Positions 38,712 to 47,660 of a stretch of DNA of 57,476 nucleotides are shown here, piece by piece. How positions within the stretch are numbered: the first letter of the stretch is position 1; each line of letters opens with the position of its first letter. Source of the DNA: a virus (Duplodnaviria; Caudoviricetes); the IMG/VR virus record IMGVR_UViG_3300024325_000004, positions 1 to 57,476 of that record, one strand, 5' to 3'. The position numbers were made by a program, and so were the translations under genes. Under the pieces are notes generated by a model that was not told where the DNA came from, ran no database searches, and saw nothing but the letters and a program-made list of their open reading frames with translations.

Positions 38712-40054
38712 TCTACAAACCTCATCATTATCAAGATAATGGTACAAAGCACCTTTTAGATAATACCCATGCTGCCCTCTTTGCCCAGATGGGGCTCGGG
38801 AAGTCGATTATGACGTTAACCGCCTTAGAGTGGCTTTTAGGTACTTTAGCAATTGACAAACCATTGATTATTGGTCCAAAACGTGTTGTATCGCATACCT
38901 GGCCTTCGGAAATCCGGAAATGGTCACATACACAGCACCTTAAAATATCCGTGATCCAGGGGACTGAAAAGCAGCGATTACAAGCGCTGTATACGAAAGC
39001 CGATATCTATGCTGTCAGTAGAGATAATATTGCCAAGCTGGTGCATTTTATAGGTAAAAACAAGGGTAAATGGCCGTTTGATACTTTAGTGATCGATGAA
39101 TCAAGTAATTTTAAGAACTCATCGACGCAAAGATACAAAGCTGTCAAACGGATACTGCCTTACTGCAGGCGCGTGATCTTACTAACTGGTACCCCATCAC
39201 CGAACTCTTTATTAGGTTTATGGGCACAAATATTTTTATTGGATGCCGGTAAAAGGTTAGGCCACACATTCGGGGGGTTTAAAGAAAATTACTTTATACC
39301 AGGCTCTCGGCAGGGGCCCATTATTTTCAATTGGATACCGAAGAAAATCGCAGAGCAGCAAATCTATGATCAAATATCTGATTTGTGCTTGAGTATGCAA
39401 TCCGCTGATTACCTTGAACTGCCGCCGCGAATTGATATTTATGAAGAAGTGGAGTTAAAGTCCTATGAACGATATAAGGAGTTCAAAGATACCGAAGTGC
39501 TTCAGCTTAGTAATGACTTCAACCTTACACCGGTTAACTCTGCGGCGATGTATTCTAAATTATTGCAGTACTGTAACGGCGCTGTTTATCGCGGGGACGG
39601 ATCTTATGAAGTGGTCGATGATTCGAAACTGGAAGCATTGGCCGAAGATGTAGAGTCACTGGATGGTGATCCTGTATTTATTGCATATATGTTCCAGAGT
39701 GACTTTGAGCGTATGCAGAAAGCAATTCCTGGAATTAGAAAAGTAAGTACTGATGCTGAAATTGATGAGTGGAATGCGGGTAAAATACCGGTAGCATGTG
39801 CACAGATACAATCTTTGGCTTACGGTATCAATCTGCAGGAAGGGGGAAATCATTTATATATGTTCGGGCTATCATGGGACCTGGAAGTCGTGCTTCAGAT
39901 GCTTGCGAGGATCGACAGGCAGGGAAAAACCAAACCGACTATCGTAAAATACTTCGTGGCTAAGAACAGCATTGAACAGGTAGTGATCGAACGATTAGCC
40001 GGGAAACTGGACACGCAGGAAAAATTAATGAACGCTTTAAAACGATATTTATGA
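38708..40054 (+). CDS. SNF2-family helicase
   Basis: MGLGKS, IDESS, LTGTP, GINLQ and RIDRQG motifs; probable TTG start at 38708. Confidence 0.92.
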   Translation: MIYKPHHYQDNGTKHLLDNTHAALFAQMGLGKSIMTLTALEWLLGTLAIDKPLIIGPKRVVSHTWPSEIRKWSHTQHLKISVIQGTEKQRLQALYTKADIYAVSRDNIAKLVHFIGKNKGKWPFDTLVIDESSNFKNSSTQRYKAVKRILPYCRRVILLTGTPSPNSLLGLWAQIFLLDAGKRLGHTFGGFKENYFIPGSRQGPIIFNWIPKKIAEQQIYDQISDLCLSMQSADYLELPPRIDIYEEVELKSYERYKEFKDTEVLQLSNDFNLTPVNSAAMYSKLLQYCNGAVYRGDGSYEVVDDSKLEALAEDVESLDGDPVFIAYMFQSDFERMQKAIPGIRKVSTDAEIDEWNAGKIPVACAQIQSLAYGINLQEGGNHLYMFGLSWDLEVVLQMLARIDRQGKTKPTIVKYFVAKNSIEQVVIERLAGKLDTQEKLMNALKRYL

Positions 40055-40851
40055 TCAATCAAATTTACAATGAATGTTGTGTTGATACCATGGCGCGGAT
40101 GCCTGATAATTTTATTGATCTTACGGTTACTTCACCGCCTTATGATGCGCTTCGCGTATATAAAGGCTATTCATTTGATTTTGAAGGAACAGCATTAAGT
40201 TTACATAGAATAACTAAAAAAGGCGGAGTAGTTGTATGGGTTGTTAATGATTCTACTATAAAAGGTAGTGAATCTGGAACTTCTTTTAAACAAGCTTTGT
40301 TTTTTAAAGAAATTGGCTTTAATATTCACGATACCATGATTTATAAAAAGGCTACCGCCCCGTTAAATCATAATCGATATGAGCAGGATTTTGAATATAT
40401 GTTTATATTATCTAAAGGCAGGCCAAAAACATTCAATCCGATTAAAATACCTTGTAAATGGTATGGTCATGATAGTGATCGAACAGGTCAAAAAATGGGG
40501 TTACACGGAGAAAAAAGTAAGCGTGTGCGCAGCGGAAAAGATAGGACTAATATAAAACCAGGTAAAATTAAAGGTAATATCTGGGAATATAATACAGGTT
40601 TCAATCATACTACCGAGGATAAGTTTGCTTTTGGACACCCGGCTATGTTTCCTGAAAAATTAGCACAAGACCATATTTTAAGCTGGTCAAATGAAGGTGA
40701 GGTTGTGTATGACCCTTTTACCGGCGCCGGAACCACATTAAAAATGGCACTTATAAATAACCGCCAATTCATAGGTTCAGAAATATCTTCGGAATATTGT
40801 AAAATAGCCACACAGAGAATAGAAAAATTTAATCCTTATGATGTTATTTGA
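40051..40851 (+). CDS. DNA N4-cytosine/N6-adenine methyltransferase (beta class)
   Basis: VTSPPY, HPAMFP and DPFTGAGTT motifs. Confidence 0.92.
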   Translation: MINQIYNECCVDTMARMPDNFIDLTVTSPPYDALRVYKGYSFDFEGTALSLHRITKKGGVVVWVVNDSTIKGSESGTSFKQALFFKEIGFNIHDTMIYKKATAPLNHNRYEQDFEYMFILSKGRPKTFNPIKIPCKWYGHDSDRTGQKMGLHGEKSKRVRSGKDRTNIKPGKIKGNIWEYNTGFNHTTEDKFAFGHPAMFPEKLAQDHILSWSNEGEVVYDPFTGAGTTLKMALINNRQFIGSEISSEYCKIATQRIEKFNPYDVI

Positions 40852-43032
40852 TTATTTCATGTAGTAATCCCCTATGAAGCCATCTGCCCGTACTGGCCAC
40901 CAGGAAGCCCAGTCAGGTAACTGCAGCATGATCTTTTTTACCTCCTCCAACGTAATACCCAGGCTTTTTAATACCTCAGCCACAAATTCATCGTGTACCG
41001 TAAGCACAACTGGATACCCGGCTTTTTCTACGTTTATAATAGAGTGCATCAGCAGATCGCGGCAAGCTGCCTGGACCAGATTTTCAAAGAATTTCGGCCC
41101 GTATGTCTCAATTACTTTCCAGATACCGTCCATACCCCAGAAACACACCGTCTCACGTTTACCGGGTTTCGGCTTTTCATAGGTTAGGCCAAATTCCTTC
41201 AGGTATTCATTAAAGCCGCTTGTATCATACGCAAGTCCGGCTTTTTTAAGGTACCATAAGTATTCTTCAAGAGTATCTTTCTGTACCTTGCCGATCTTTA
41301 CAGCTATGAATTTTACAAACGGATTGTTTTCTTCGTCAAAATGAATTTTCGGTACAATCTTACTGTTTACGGTGTGAACGTCCGGCACTTTGGCGATATA
41401 AAACTTCTGTAAAAATGCTTTTTGATAAACAAGGCAGCGGCCTGATGGTAGTTTCATTAACAGGTTGCCGTTTTTCATACCGAAAGCCACGCCGTTTTTC
41501 ACAGGTACCAATTGTCCTGTGTTGATAGCCAGCTTTGCGGCCGCGTCCATATCCCACCACATTTGTACGATAGCAGGATTAGCTTTTCGCCAGGTCTTGA
41601 CAAGTCCCGGAATTTCTTCTACTGGTATACGTTTCTTCGGATCCTCAATGGTATCATTGTTCCGTTCCATAGCGGCTGAACCGCCGCCATACTGGAAAAG
41701 CAGCTCTGACACCTTCGATTTTTGCCGATCTTCTTTAGTAATTTGCTCAATGGGCTTATGAAACATCATAGCACTGGAAGCTTTATAGATATCACCGCCC
41801 TGTTTGAAAAAATCAATACGCCATTGTTCTCCTGCTAAACAAGCACTTGCCAGCGATTCAATCGATGAGAAATCCAATACAATAAACTCTTTACCAGGCG
41901 TCGCGATAAATGTTGGCCGCAGTAATTGGGACAGGATGTTTGATAAATTCGGAAAAACCATGTGCAGGCTTTCAGTATCCCGCAGCCGGACCAGTTCACG
42001 GGTATCATCCAGCAGTTTTGCAAAGTCCTCATCGATACGCGGGAAATTTTGCGGTTGTGGGCCTCTGCCGGCTTCTCTGCCAGTACGGTTTGCACCGTAG
42101 TATTGTATCGTGCCCCGGACACGTAAATCCTCACACGCGCCATATTTTAAAGCCAGGTACTTCGTAATGCTGGACTTTGACATAAGCTGTCTGATCTGAA
42201 GAATACGGCGTACCGCAGGATCTTCTTCATCGATCAGCATTTGCCGTACAGCAAGTTTATTTAAGGTAGTGACTTCTTCCTCCATTTCAGTCGATAGCCA
42301 TTCTTTTAGTTGCTTAGGCGAATTGACATTGGATAGACCTGATAGCTCTGTAGCTTCTTCGATCAGTTCTTCCCGGAACTCTTTATTAATAATGATAGCC
42401 GAATCGATCAGCGACATATCTACCATTACCCCGCGTTCATTCTTACGTTCGTTCAGGCACCAGATATGATGCTCTACAGCAGGGATTTTATACCACTGGC
42501 AGGCTTTATCAACTTCCTGTTCAACTACAACATCCTGACCGTTGTACGATTTGAACTGCTCCCATTTCTCCGGATCATGTTCGGGCAGGTTACGGGCGCG
42601 CATACCGTTAGCGACAGTTGGTTTACAGGGAACGCAGAAATATCGGATAAGTGATTTACCAATCGGGTCCTTTTTCTCAATCAGGCCAAGGGCTTTGCTG
42701 GCGTCATCCAGGCTGAGGGGCAGTCCGCACATGGCAGCGCGGGCTTGAGTGCATTCCCACTGTTCAGGAGGTGAGTAAATACCCAGAGTGATGTTCAGGT
42801 AATTCCGTTCATATGGGGCATTGAAAGCTTTCTTTATATAATCCGGGTCAGTCAGTGCCGATAACAACCAGGTCGGTATCTTCTCTTTAGTAAGATCAAG
42901 TACTACAACAGGGGCATAATCTAATGAGTAAGCAAGCAGAATGATCTCACCGGAATCAGCACGTTTATATACACCGTACTTAATGTCAACCGGGCTGAAA
43001 TCTTCAATATCAAGGGATAGGATGTATTTCAT
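40852..43032 (-). CDS. polA: Family A DNA polymerase (APSE/SPO2-type)
   Basis: DIE exonuclease motif, TGREAGR, QNFP, DFSSIE, RQKSK...YG, ENLVQA and VHDE. Confidence 0.93.
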   Translation of the reverse strand: MKYILSLDIEDFSPVDIKYGVYKRADSGEIILLAYSLDYAPVVVLDLTKEKIPTWLLSALTDPDYIKKAFNAPYERNYLNITLGIYSPPEQWECTQARAAMCGLPLSLDDASKALGLIEKKDPIGKSLIRYFCVPCKPTVANGMRARNLPEHDPEKWEQFKSYNGQDVVVEQEVDKACQWYKIPAVEHHIWCLNERKNERGVMVDMSLIDSAIIINKEFREELIEEATELSGLSNVNSPKQLKEWLSTEMEEEVTTLNKLAVRQMLIDEEDPAVRRILQIRQLMSKSSITKYLALKYGACEDLRVRGTIQYYGANRTGREAGRGPQPQNFPRIDEDFAKLLDDTRELVRLRDTESLHMVFPNLSNILSQLLRPTFIATPGKEFIVLDFSSIESLASACLAGEQWRIDFFKQGGDIYKASSAMMFHKPIEQITKEDRQKSKVSELLFQYGGGSAAMERNNDTIEDPKKRIPVEEIPGLVKTWRKANPAIVQMWWDMDAAAKLAINTGQLVPVKNGVAFGMKNGNLLMKLPSGRCLVYQKAFLQKFYIAKVPDVHTVNSKIVPKIHFDEENNPFVKFIAVKIGKVQKDTLEEYLWYLKKAGLAYDTSGFNEYLKEFGLTYEKPKPGKRETVCFWGMDGIWKVIETYGPKFFENLVQAACRDLLMHSIINVEKAGYPVVLTVHDEFVAEVLKSLGITLEEVKKIMLQLPDWASWWPVRADGFIGDYYMK

Positions 43033-43778
43033 AGAATCGATTTACAGAAATTATCAAATTGGCTTTCGTGTATAAAAAGCTTCTCAGTAGATTCTTTTGC
43101 GGGTCTATTATACATACCATTTTGAGATAATGTCCCTTTAAGCTTTCCCTCCCAAATACTAATGAAATCATCCGGCGCCTGATATTCGGAAATGAAAATT
43201 TGATTCGTAAGACTTTTCTTCCGACAAAAATTCCAAAAATTAGTGTGGTCAAATTTAATCCGATATCCAGTTGTCCCTTTATATGGCGGGTCACAGTAGA
43301 TAACAGAGTTTTCAGGAATTGGTACCTGATCGTAAGAGAGAGAGTAGAATTTTACGTTTTCTAATTTATGGATCTGATTGAGAACATTGTTCTTGGCTTC
43401 TAATTGATAATTTCTTTGAACACCGGTATCAGGAGTATGAATACCCGCAAAGCCAGAAAAAGGCTTACCTGAAAAGCTACAACAGAAACATGCAAACCCC
43501 ACTAACTCATCGGGAAAAAAGTCCTGGTTTTCCCAAATTTCATAATATTGTTCCCGGTTTATATAATCCGGTGGGGACCAACCATTCTGAAGGGCTTTCC
43601 ATAAAGCTATTAGTGGCTTGTTAACATCATTAGCAATACGTAAAGGATGATTTATTTTATCAATTAAATTACAACCGCCACAAAATAACTCTACATAATA
43701 TTGCTCAGGCGTTAGAGTTTCAGTAATAATAGGAATGATATGTTTAGCGATTCTACGCTTTGAACCCATGTATTTCAT
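43029..43778 (-). CDS. Dam-like (D12 class) adenine methyltransferase
   Basis: True start MKYMGSKRRIA at an ATGA overlap; ELFCGG and IYCDPPY motifs. Confidence 0.88.
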   Translation of the reverse strand: MKYMGSKRRIAKHIIPIITETLTPEQYYVELFCGGCNLIDKINHPLRIANDVNKPLIALWKALQNGWSPPDYINREQYYEIWENQDFFPDELVGFACFCCSFSGKPFSGFAGIHTPDTGVQRNYQLEAKNNVLNQIHKLENVKFYSLSYDQVPIPENSVIYCDPPYKGTTGYRIKFDHTNFWNFCRKKSLTNQIFISEYQAPDDFISIWEGKLKGTLSQNGMYNRPAKESTEKLFIHESQFDNFCKSIL

Positions 43779-43879
43779 TTGGCGAGATATATTAAGGTAA
43801 GAAACACTACCGCGCCTACAATTAGAATAATCAGTAGAATCCATTCATGTTTCGGGTTCGGTTCTTCAAGTTCCATCAT
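43775..43879 (-). CDS. Small single-pass membrane protein (34 aa)
   Basis: MMELEEPNPKHEWILLIILIVGAVVFLTLIYLAK; ATGA-coupled on both sides. Confidence 0.55.
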   Translation of the reverse strand: MMELEEPNPKHEWILLIILIVGAVVFLTLIYLAK

Positions 43880-44040
43880 AATATATCCCCCGCTTGTATC
43901 TCATCAATTTGCCGGTCAATCTCGGCTAATCCTGCCCTAAGCATGATCATCAATCCCCAGAAGTGCGCGTCATTCATAGCATCTAATGCTTTGATCTGTG
44001 CTTGGTAAATAAGCTTTTGTGATTTTAATTGCTCTATCAT
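43876..44040 (-). CDS. Small helical protein (54 aa) ending AGDIL
   Basis: MIEQLKSQKL...EIQAGDIL; TACCTTTG immediately upstream. Confidence 0.65.
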   Translation of the reverse strand: MIEQLKSQKLIYQAQIKALDAMNDAHFWGLMIMLRAGLAEIDRQIDEIQAGDIL

Positions 44041-44042
44041 AA

Positions 44043-44108
44043 ATCAAAGGTATAAAAATATTTTTTATTTTTCTTGCATATAATAAAAATAAATTATTAC
44101 CTTTGAAT
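44043..44108. promoter_or_regulatory. Divergent promoter pair with TACCTTTG on each strand
   Basis: CAAAGGTA at 44045-44052 and TACCTTTG at 44098-44105, each 4 nt from an ATG. Confidence 0.7.
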
Positions 44109-44109
44109 C

Positions 44110-44307
44110 ATGGCACAAAAACAAAAATCGAGATTTTCTGTCACGGTAACATGGCCGCTTCCGATGATCCAATTCGTGCAGGGAAAAGTTTATGATGAAA
44201 AGAAAATCAAAATTTCTCAACTGACCGAAATCGCCATGGAGCAATGGCTTAAAGAGAACGGCTATTGGAATGAATACCAGGCGACTTTGGCAGGAGATAT
44301 ATTATAA
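44110..44307 (+). CDS. Small RHH-like protein ending AGDIL
   Basis: Beta-strand followed by two helices (FSVTVTWP...KISQLTEIAMEQWL). Confidence 0.6.
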   Translation: MAQKQKSRFSVTVTWPLPMIQFVQGKVYDEKKIKISQLTEIAMEQWLKENGYWNEYQATLAGDIL

Positions 44308-44499
44308 AGAAAATTGGCAGTGAAGGCGCACGATCTGCTAAGGAAGAAACAGGGAATAACCGCCGGACTGATAATCCGGAGACGAAGGGGATTGGCGTCC
44401 CATCCATTGACCAGCTGAAAGGCGTAAGTGACGGTGTAGGTGAGCAACCAGTTAAAAACTCAGGCATGAGGATTTTAACCCCTGTTTTGAAATTACATG

Positions 44500-44548
44500 G
44501 TGATTGTAGCTCAAATGGTAGAGAGTTCAAATCTCTCCTTTCACACGA
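44500..44548 (+). pseudogene. tRNA remnant lacking the anticodon arm
   Basis: GTGATTG-TAGCTCAAATGGTA-GAGAG TTCAAAT CTCTC-CTTTCAC-A: D-loop consensus, perfect T-arm, 5/7 acceptor pairs. Confidence 0.6.
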
Positions 44549-44658
44549 AAGGTTTTTGATAGTTTTTCCAGGAATATGTCGGGTAGAAATGGTCGGCTCC
44601 CGCGATACGGCCCAAGAATAAAACTATCATTTTTGCTTAGAAACTTAAAAAGAAAACA

Positions 44659-45135
44659 ATGATAAAAATTGAACTTGAATTTCCTACCGGTGCAGAAGCT
44701 CGGCAGGCTTTAGCCGACCTTTTAGGCTATTCTCAGGTAGCATTTAATTTTCCTGAAAAACCCATAAATGACGAAAAAATTGCCGAAAATTTTGAGGCTC
44801 CAAAAACGGAAGTTTCTGAGGTAGAAACACCCGTAAAAAAACGCAGGACAAAGGCTGAGATAGCTTTAGAAGCTGCTCAGCCAGCAATAGAGGGACAATT
44901 AGGTGAGACTGATATACAGCGCGAAGAACCTGCAAAAGAAGAACCAAAAGCTTCTGCGATCACCAAAGAAATGCTGCAGGAAAAAGCTGTCAATCTGATC
45001 CGTAACGGTAAAAAAGCCGAGGTTACTGAAACCATTAAAAAGTTTGGCGCTGACTCCATCTCACAGGCTGATAAGAACCCCGTGAAAACCGAGGATTACG
45101 CAGCATTGATGGATGCGTTCAACGCCATTGGATAA
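44659..45135 (+). CDS. Hypothetical protein of the APSE-type replication module
   Basis: Acidic linker and C-terminal helical domain; precedes the DUF2800 gene as is typical. Confidence 0.7.
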   Translation: MIKIELEFPTGAEARQALADLLGYSQVAFNFPEKPINDEKIAENFEAPKTEVSEVETPVKKRRTKAEIALEAAQPAIEGQLGETDIQREEPAKEEPKASAITKEMLQEKAVNLIRNGKKAEVTETIKKFGADSISQADKNPVKTEDYAALMDAFNAIG

Positions 45136-45143
45136 AAACTGGC

Positions 45144-45231
45144 TCTGACTTCGAATAGCGGTTAGTTCGTGGCACCGTAGCCGAGGGTTTTACGTAATGC
45201 TTAAGCGTCGGTTCGAATCCGGCAGTCAGAC
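45144..45231 (+). tRNA. tRNA-like element with an aberrant, extended anticodon arm; identity undetermined
   Basis: TCTGACT/AGTCAGA 7-bp acceptor, GAAT-AGCGGTTA-GTTC D-arm, GTCGG-TTCGAAT-CCGGC T-arm. Confidence 0.65.
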
Positions 45232-45258
45232 AAATTAAAAACTGTTAAACTGATTAAA

Positions 45259-46410
45259 ATGTCAAAACACGCAATTTTATCCCCATCGGCAGCGAGCCGG
45301 TGGCTGACATGTACACCGTCTGCCAGACTGGAACAGGAGTTCCCAAATACTTCTTCCTCTTATGCTGATGAAGGCACCCTGGCACACGCTGTGGGTGAAT
45401 GTATCCTGCGCCAGCTTGCAGGCATGATCACCTCAGCTGAGGCAGAAACGATCATGGCTGTTCATATGAACAACCAGTACTATAATAAAGAACTGCATGA
45501 TTATGCCGAAGGGTATGCCTATTTCGTTTGGAACCAGTGCAAACCAGGCAAGACAGAATTGTTCATCGAAACGCGCCTGGATATGACCGAATGGATCGAG
45601 GATGGTTTCGGAACCGCTGATGCCATCATAATCGGCGACCGGGTACTGATCTTTGATGACCTGAAATACGGTAAAGGCGTTCCGGTTTCCGCGATGGACA
45701 ATTCACAACTGATGATCTACTCATTAGGGGCCTATGAAATGTTCAAAGAGATTTTTGAGATTGATAAAATCCAGATGAACATATACCAGCCACGTATCGA
45801 TAACATATCATCCTGGGAAATTTCTGTTGCTGAGCTTTTAGAATGGGCCGAGAAAGACCTGAAGCCAAAAGCGGCTTTAGCTTATGCCGGCGAAGGTGAA
45901 TTTGCGCCAGGTAAAGCCTGCTTGTTCTGCAGGGCTAAGGCAACTTGCAGAGCTCTGCATGATTACAATATGGAGTTAGCTACGCTGGAATTTAAAAATC
46001 CCGACTTATTAACTGATGAAGAAATCGCAAAAGTGCTAAGCCGTTCAGATGATTTTACCAAGTGGATTGGATCAGTAGAGAGCTATGCATTGGCAACAGC
46101 TGTTTCCGGTGAAAAAACATGGCCGGGATATAAGATAGTAGAAGGACGTAGCAATCGCAAGTACAATAGTGAGGTTATTGTCGCGACTAAGCTTGAAATG
46201 GCTGGTTATACAGACATTTATAAGCCGAAAGCACTGCTTGGTATCACTGAGATGGAAAAGAAGATTACGAAGCCCATATTCGCGGAAATTGTTGAACCGC
46301 TTCTGATCAAGCCACCGGGTGCACCTACACTTGTAAAAGAGACCGACAAAAGACAACCGTTCAGCGTTGCTACAGGAGAGTTCAAAGTAATTGCAGACGA
46401 GGATATTTAA
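45259..46410 (+). CDS. DUF2800 Cas4-like PD-(D/E)XK nuclease
   Basis: HAILSPSAASRWLTC, EGTLAH, GFGTAD, DLKYGKG and CLFCRAKATC motifs. Confidence 0.9.
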   Translation: MSKHAILSPSAASRWLTCTPSARLEQEFPNTSSSYADEGTLAHAVGECILRQLAGMITSAEAETIMAVHMNNQYYNKELHDYAEGYAYFVWNQCKPGKTELFIETRLDMTEWIEDGFGTADAIIIGDRVLIFDDLKYGKGVPVSAMDNSQLMIYSLGAYEMFKEIFEIDKIQMNIYQPRIDNISSWEISVAELLEWAEKDLKPKAALAYAGEGEFAPGKACLFCRAKATCRALHDYNMELATLEFKNPDLLTDEEIAKVLSRSDDFTKWIGSVESYALATAVSGEKTWPGYKIVEGRSNRKYNSEVIVATKLEMAGYTDIYKPKALLGITEMEKKITKPIFAEIVEPLLIKPPGAPTLVKETDKRQPFSVATGEFKVIADEDI

Positions 46411-46411
46411 T

Positions 46412-46513
46412 ATGGAAACGACCTTACATGTTCTTTGTGGCATTATCATAGGGTTATTGATTGCAATTGTTGTAGGCGTTTTTGTTATATACAAAGAAAT
46501 TAAGAAAAAATGA
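46412..46513 (+). CDS. Small membrane protein (33 aa)
   Basis: One hydrophobic helix plus a basic tail; ATGA-coupled to thyX. Confidence 0.5.
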   Translation: METTLHVLCGIIIGLLIAIVVGVFVIYKEIKKK

Positions 46514-47169
46514 AAGTAAGTCTTAAAACTATAACACCTGATGCTGAGATCAACATAGTTGAGATCGCAAGGGTAAGCAGTTCTCGCCTGGATAAAAGCG
46601 AAAAGCCGGAAGGTCTGATCGGGTACCTGATCAAAAATAAACACTGGTCACCGTTTGAACATTCATTCCTGACCTTTGAGATTGTTACCTCCAAAGCAAT
46701 AGGTATTCAGTTGCTCCGGCACCGGAGTTTTACCTTTCAGGAGTTTAGCCAGCGTTACGCTATTGTGGAAAATATCGAACAGTTTGAAATTAGGGAACAG
46801 GCGGCGCAAAACCGCCAATCAAGCACCGAAATATTCAATCCATGCGTTTCTGCAAATTACCGGGATGGGAAGTATGAAGGTCAACAGCTTTCGATTATAC
46901 TTGATAAGTTTATCAATATAGGTCAGCAGCTTTATAAAGAAATGATAGCTTTAGGTGTTGCCAAAGAATGTGCCCGGATGATTCTGCCCATGGCTACTCA
47001 GACCACTATCTATATGACCGGATCAATCCGGTCATGGATCCACTTTCTGGATATACGTGATGATGGTCATGCGCAGAAGGAAGCTCAGGAAATTGCCCGT
47101 GAGATCAAGAATATTTTTATTGATCAATTACCAATCATTTCAGCCGCTAAAGAATATGTCAAAAGATAA
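46510..47169 (+). CDS. thyX: Flavin-dependent thymidylate synthase
   Basis: HWSPFEH, RHRSFTFQEFSQRY, ECARMILP and HAQKE motifs. Confidence 0.95.
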   Translation: MKVSLKTITPDAEINIVEIARVSSSRLDKSEKPEGLIGYLIKNKHWSPFEHSFLTFEIVTSKAIGIQLLRHRSFTFQEFSQRYAIVENIEQFEIREQAAQNRQSSTEIFNPCVSANYRDGKYEGQQLSIILDKFINIGQQLYKEMIALGVAKECARMILPMATQTTIYMTGSIRSWIHFLDIRDDGHAQKEAQEIAREIKNIFIDQLPIISAAKEYVKR

Positions 47170-47380
47170 TATAAATCCTGATCACTATAAAGCTGGAAAG
47201 GTTGAGTGTATTGACGCTTTAGAAGCCGCTACAGTTAATAAAACAGGTATCGAGGCTGTATGCACTGCTAATGTTATCAAATATCTTTGGCGTTACGAAG
47301 CAAAAGCTAAACTGGAAGATGTGAAGAAAGCTCAATGGTATTTAAACAGGCTAATTAATCATTTAGAAAATGCAGTGTGA
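47156..47380 (+). CDS. DUF3310 family protein
   Basis: NPDHY...ECID...NVIKYLWRY...EDVKKAQWYL. Confidence 0.85.
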   Translation: MSKDNINPDHYKAGKVECIDALEAATVNKTGIEAVCTANVIKYLWRYEAKAKLEDVKKAQWYLNRLINHLENAV

Positions 47381-47660
47381 ACTTTGTAACCAGGAAAATC
47401 CGGTAAGCTGTGATCATGGCAAGAACGGTTATTGTCTTTTATTCAACCAGCAGGCCGAAAAAGATAAAAGCATGTTTGGTCCGAAGAATATGAAAACATT
47501 GGCTGACTTGGAAATAGGTGAAACGTTCCGATATAAAAACTCTGATCCAGATGATTGGCATACTGTTTCAGGTAAAGATGAGGCGAAGATTTATTACTCA
47601 GGTGGAAATACTGAACAAAGTAATTTCAGAGTTGAAAACGTTGAGGTAATCGTAAAATGA
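47370..47660 (+). CDS. Hypothetical protein
   Basis: N-terminal Cys cluster; coupled ORF. Confidence 0.55.
   Translation: MQCELCNQENPVSCDHGKNGYCLLFNQQAEKDKSMFGPKNMKTLADLEIGETFRYKNSDPDDWHTVSGKDEAKIYYSGGNTEQSNFRVENVEVIVK

Noticed and set aside
43779-43844. N-terminal extension of the Dam-like MTase (MDSTDYSNC...)
   Set aside because: Better explained by an overlapping 34-aa membrane ORF coupled by ATGA to the MKYMGSK start.
45259-46410. Cas4 as evidence of a CRISPR-Cas system
   Set aside because: DUF2800-type nuclease in its usual PolA/SSB module; no cas genes or array seen.
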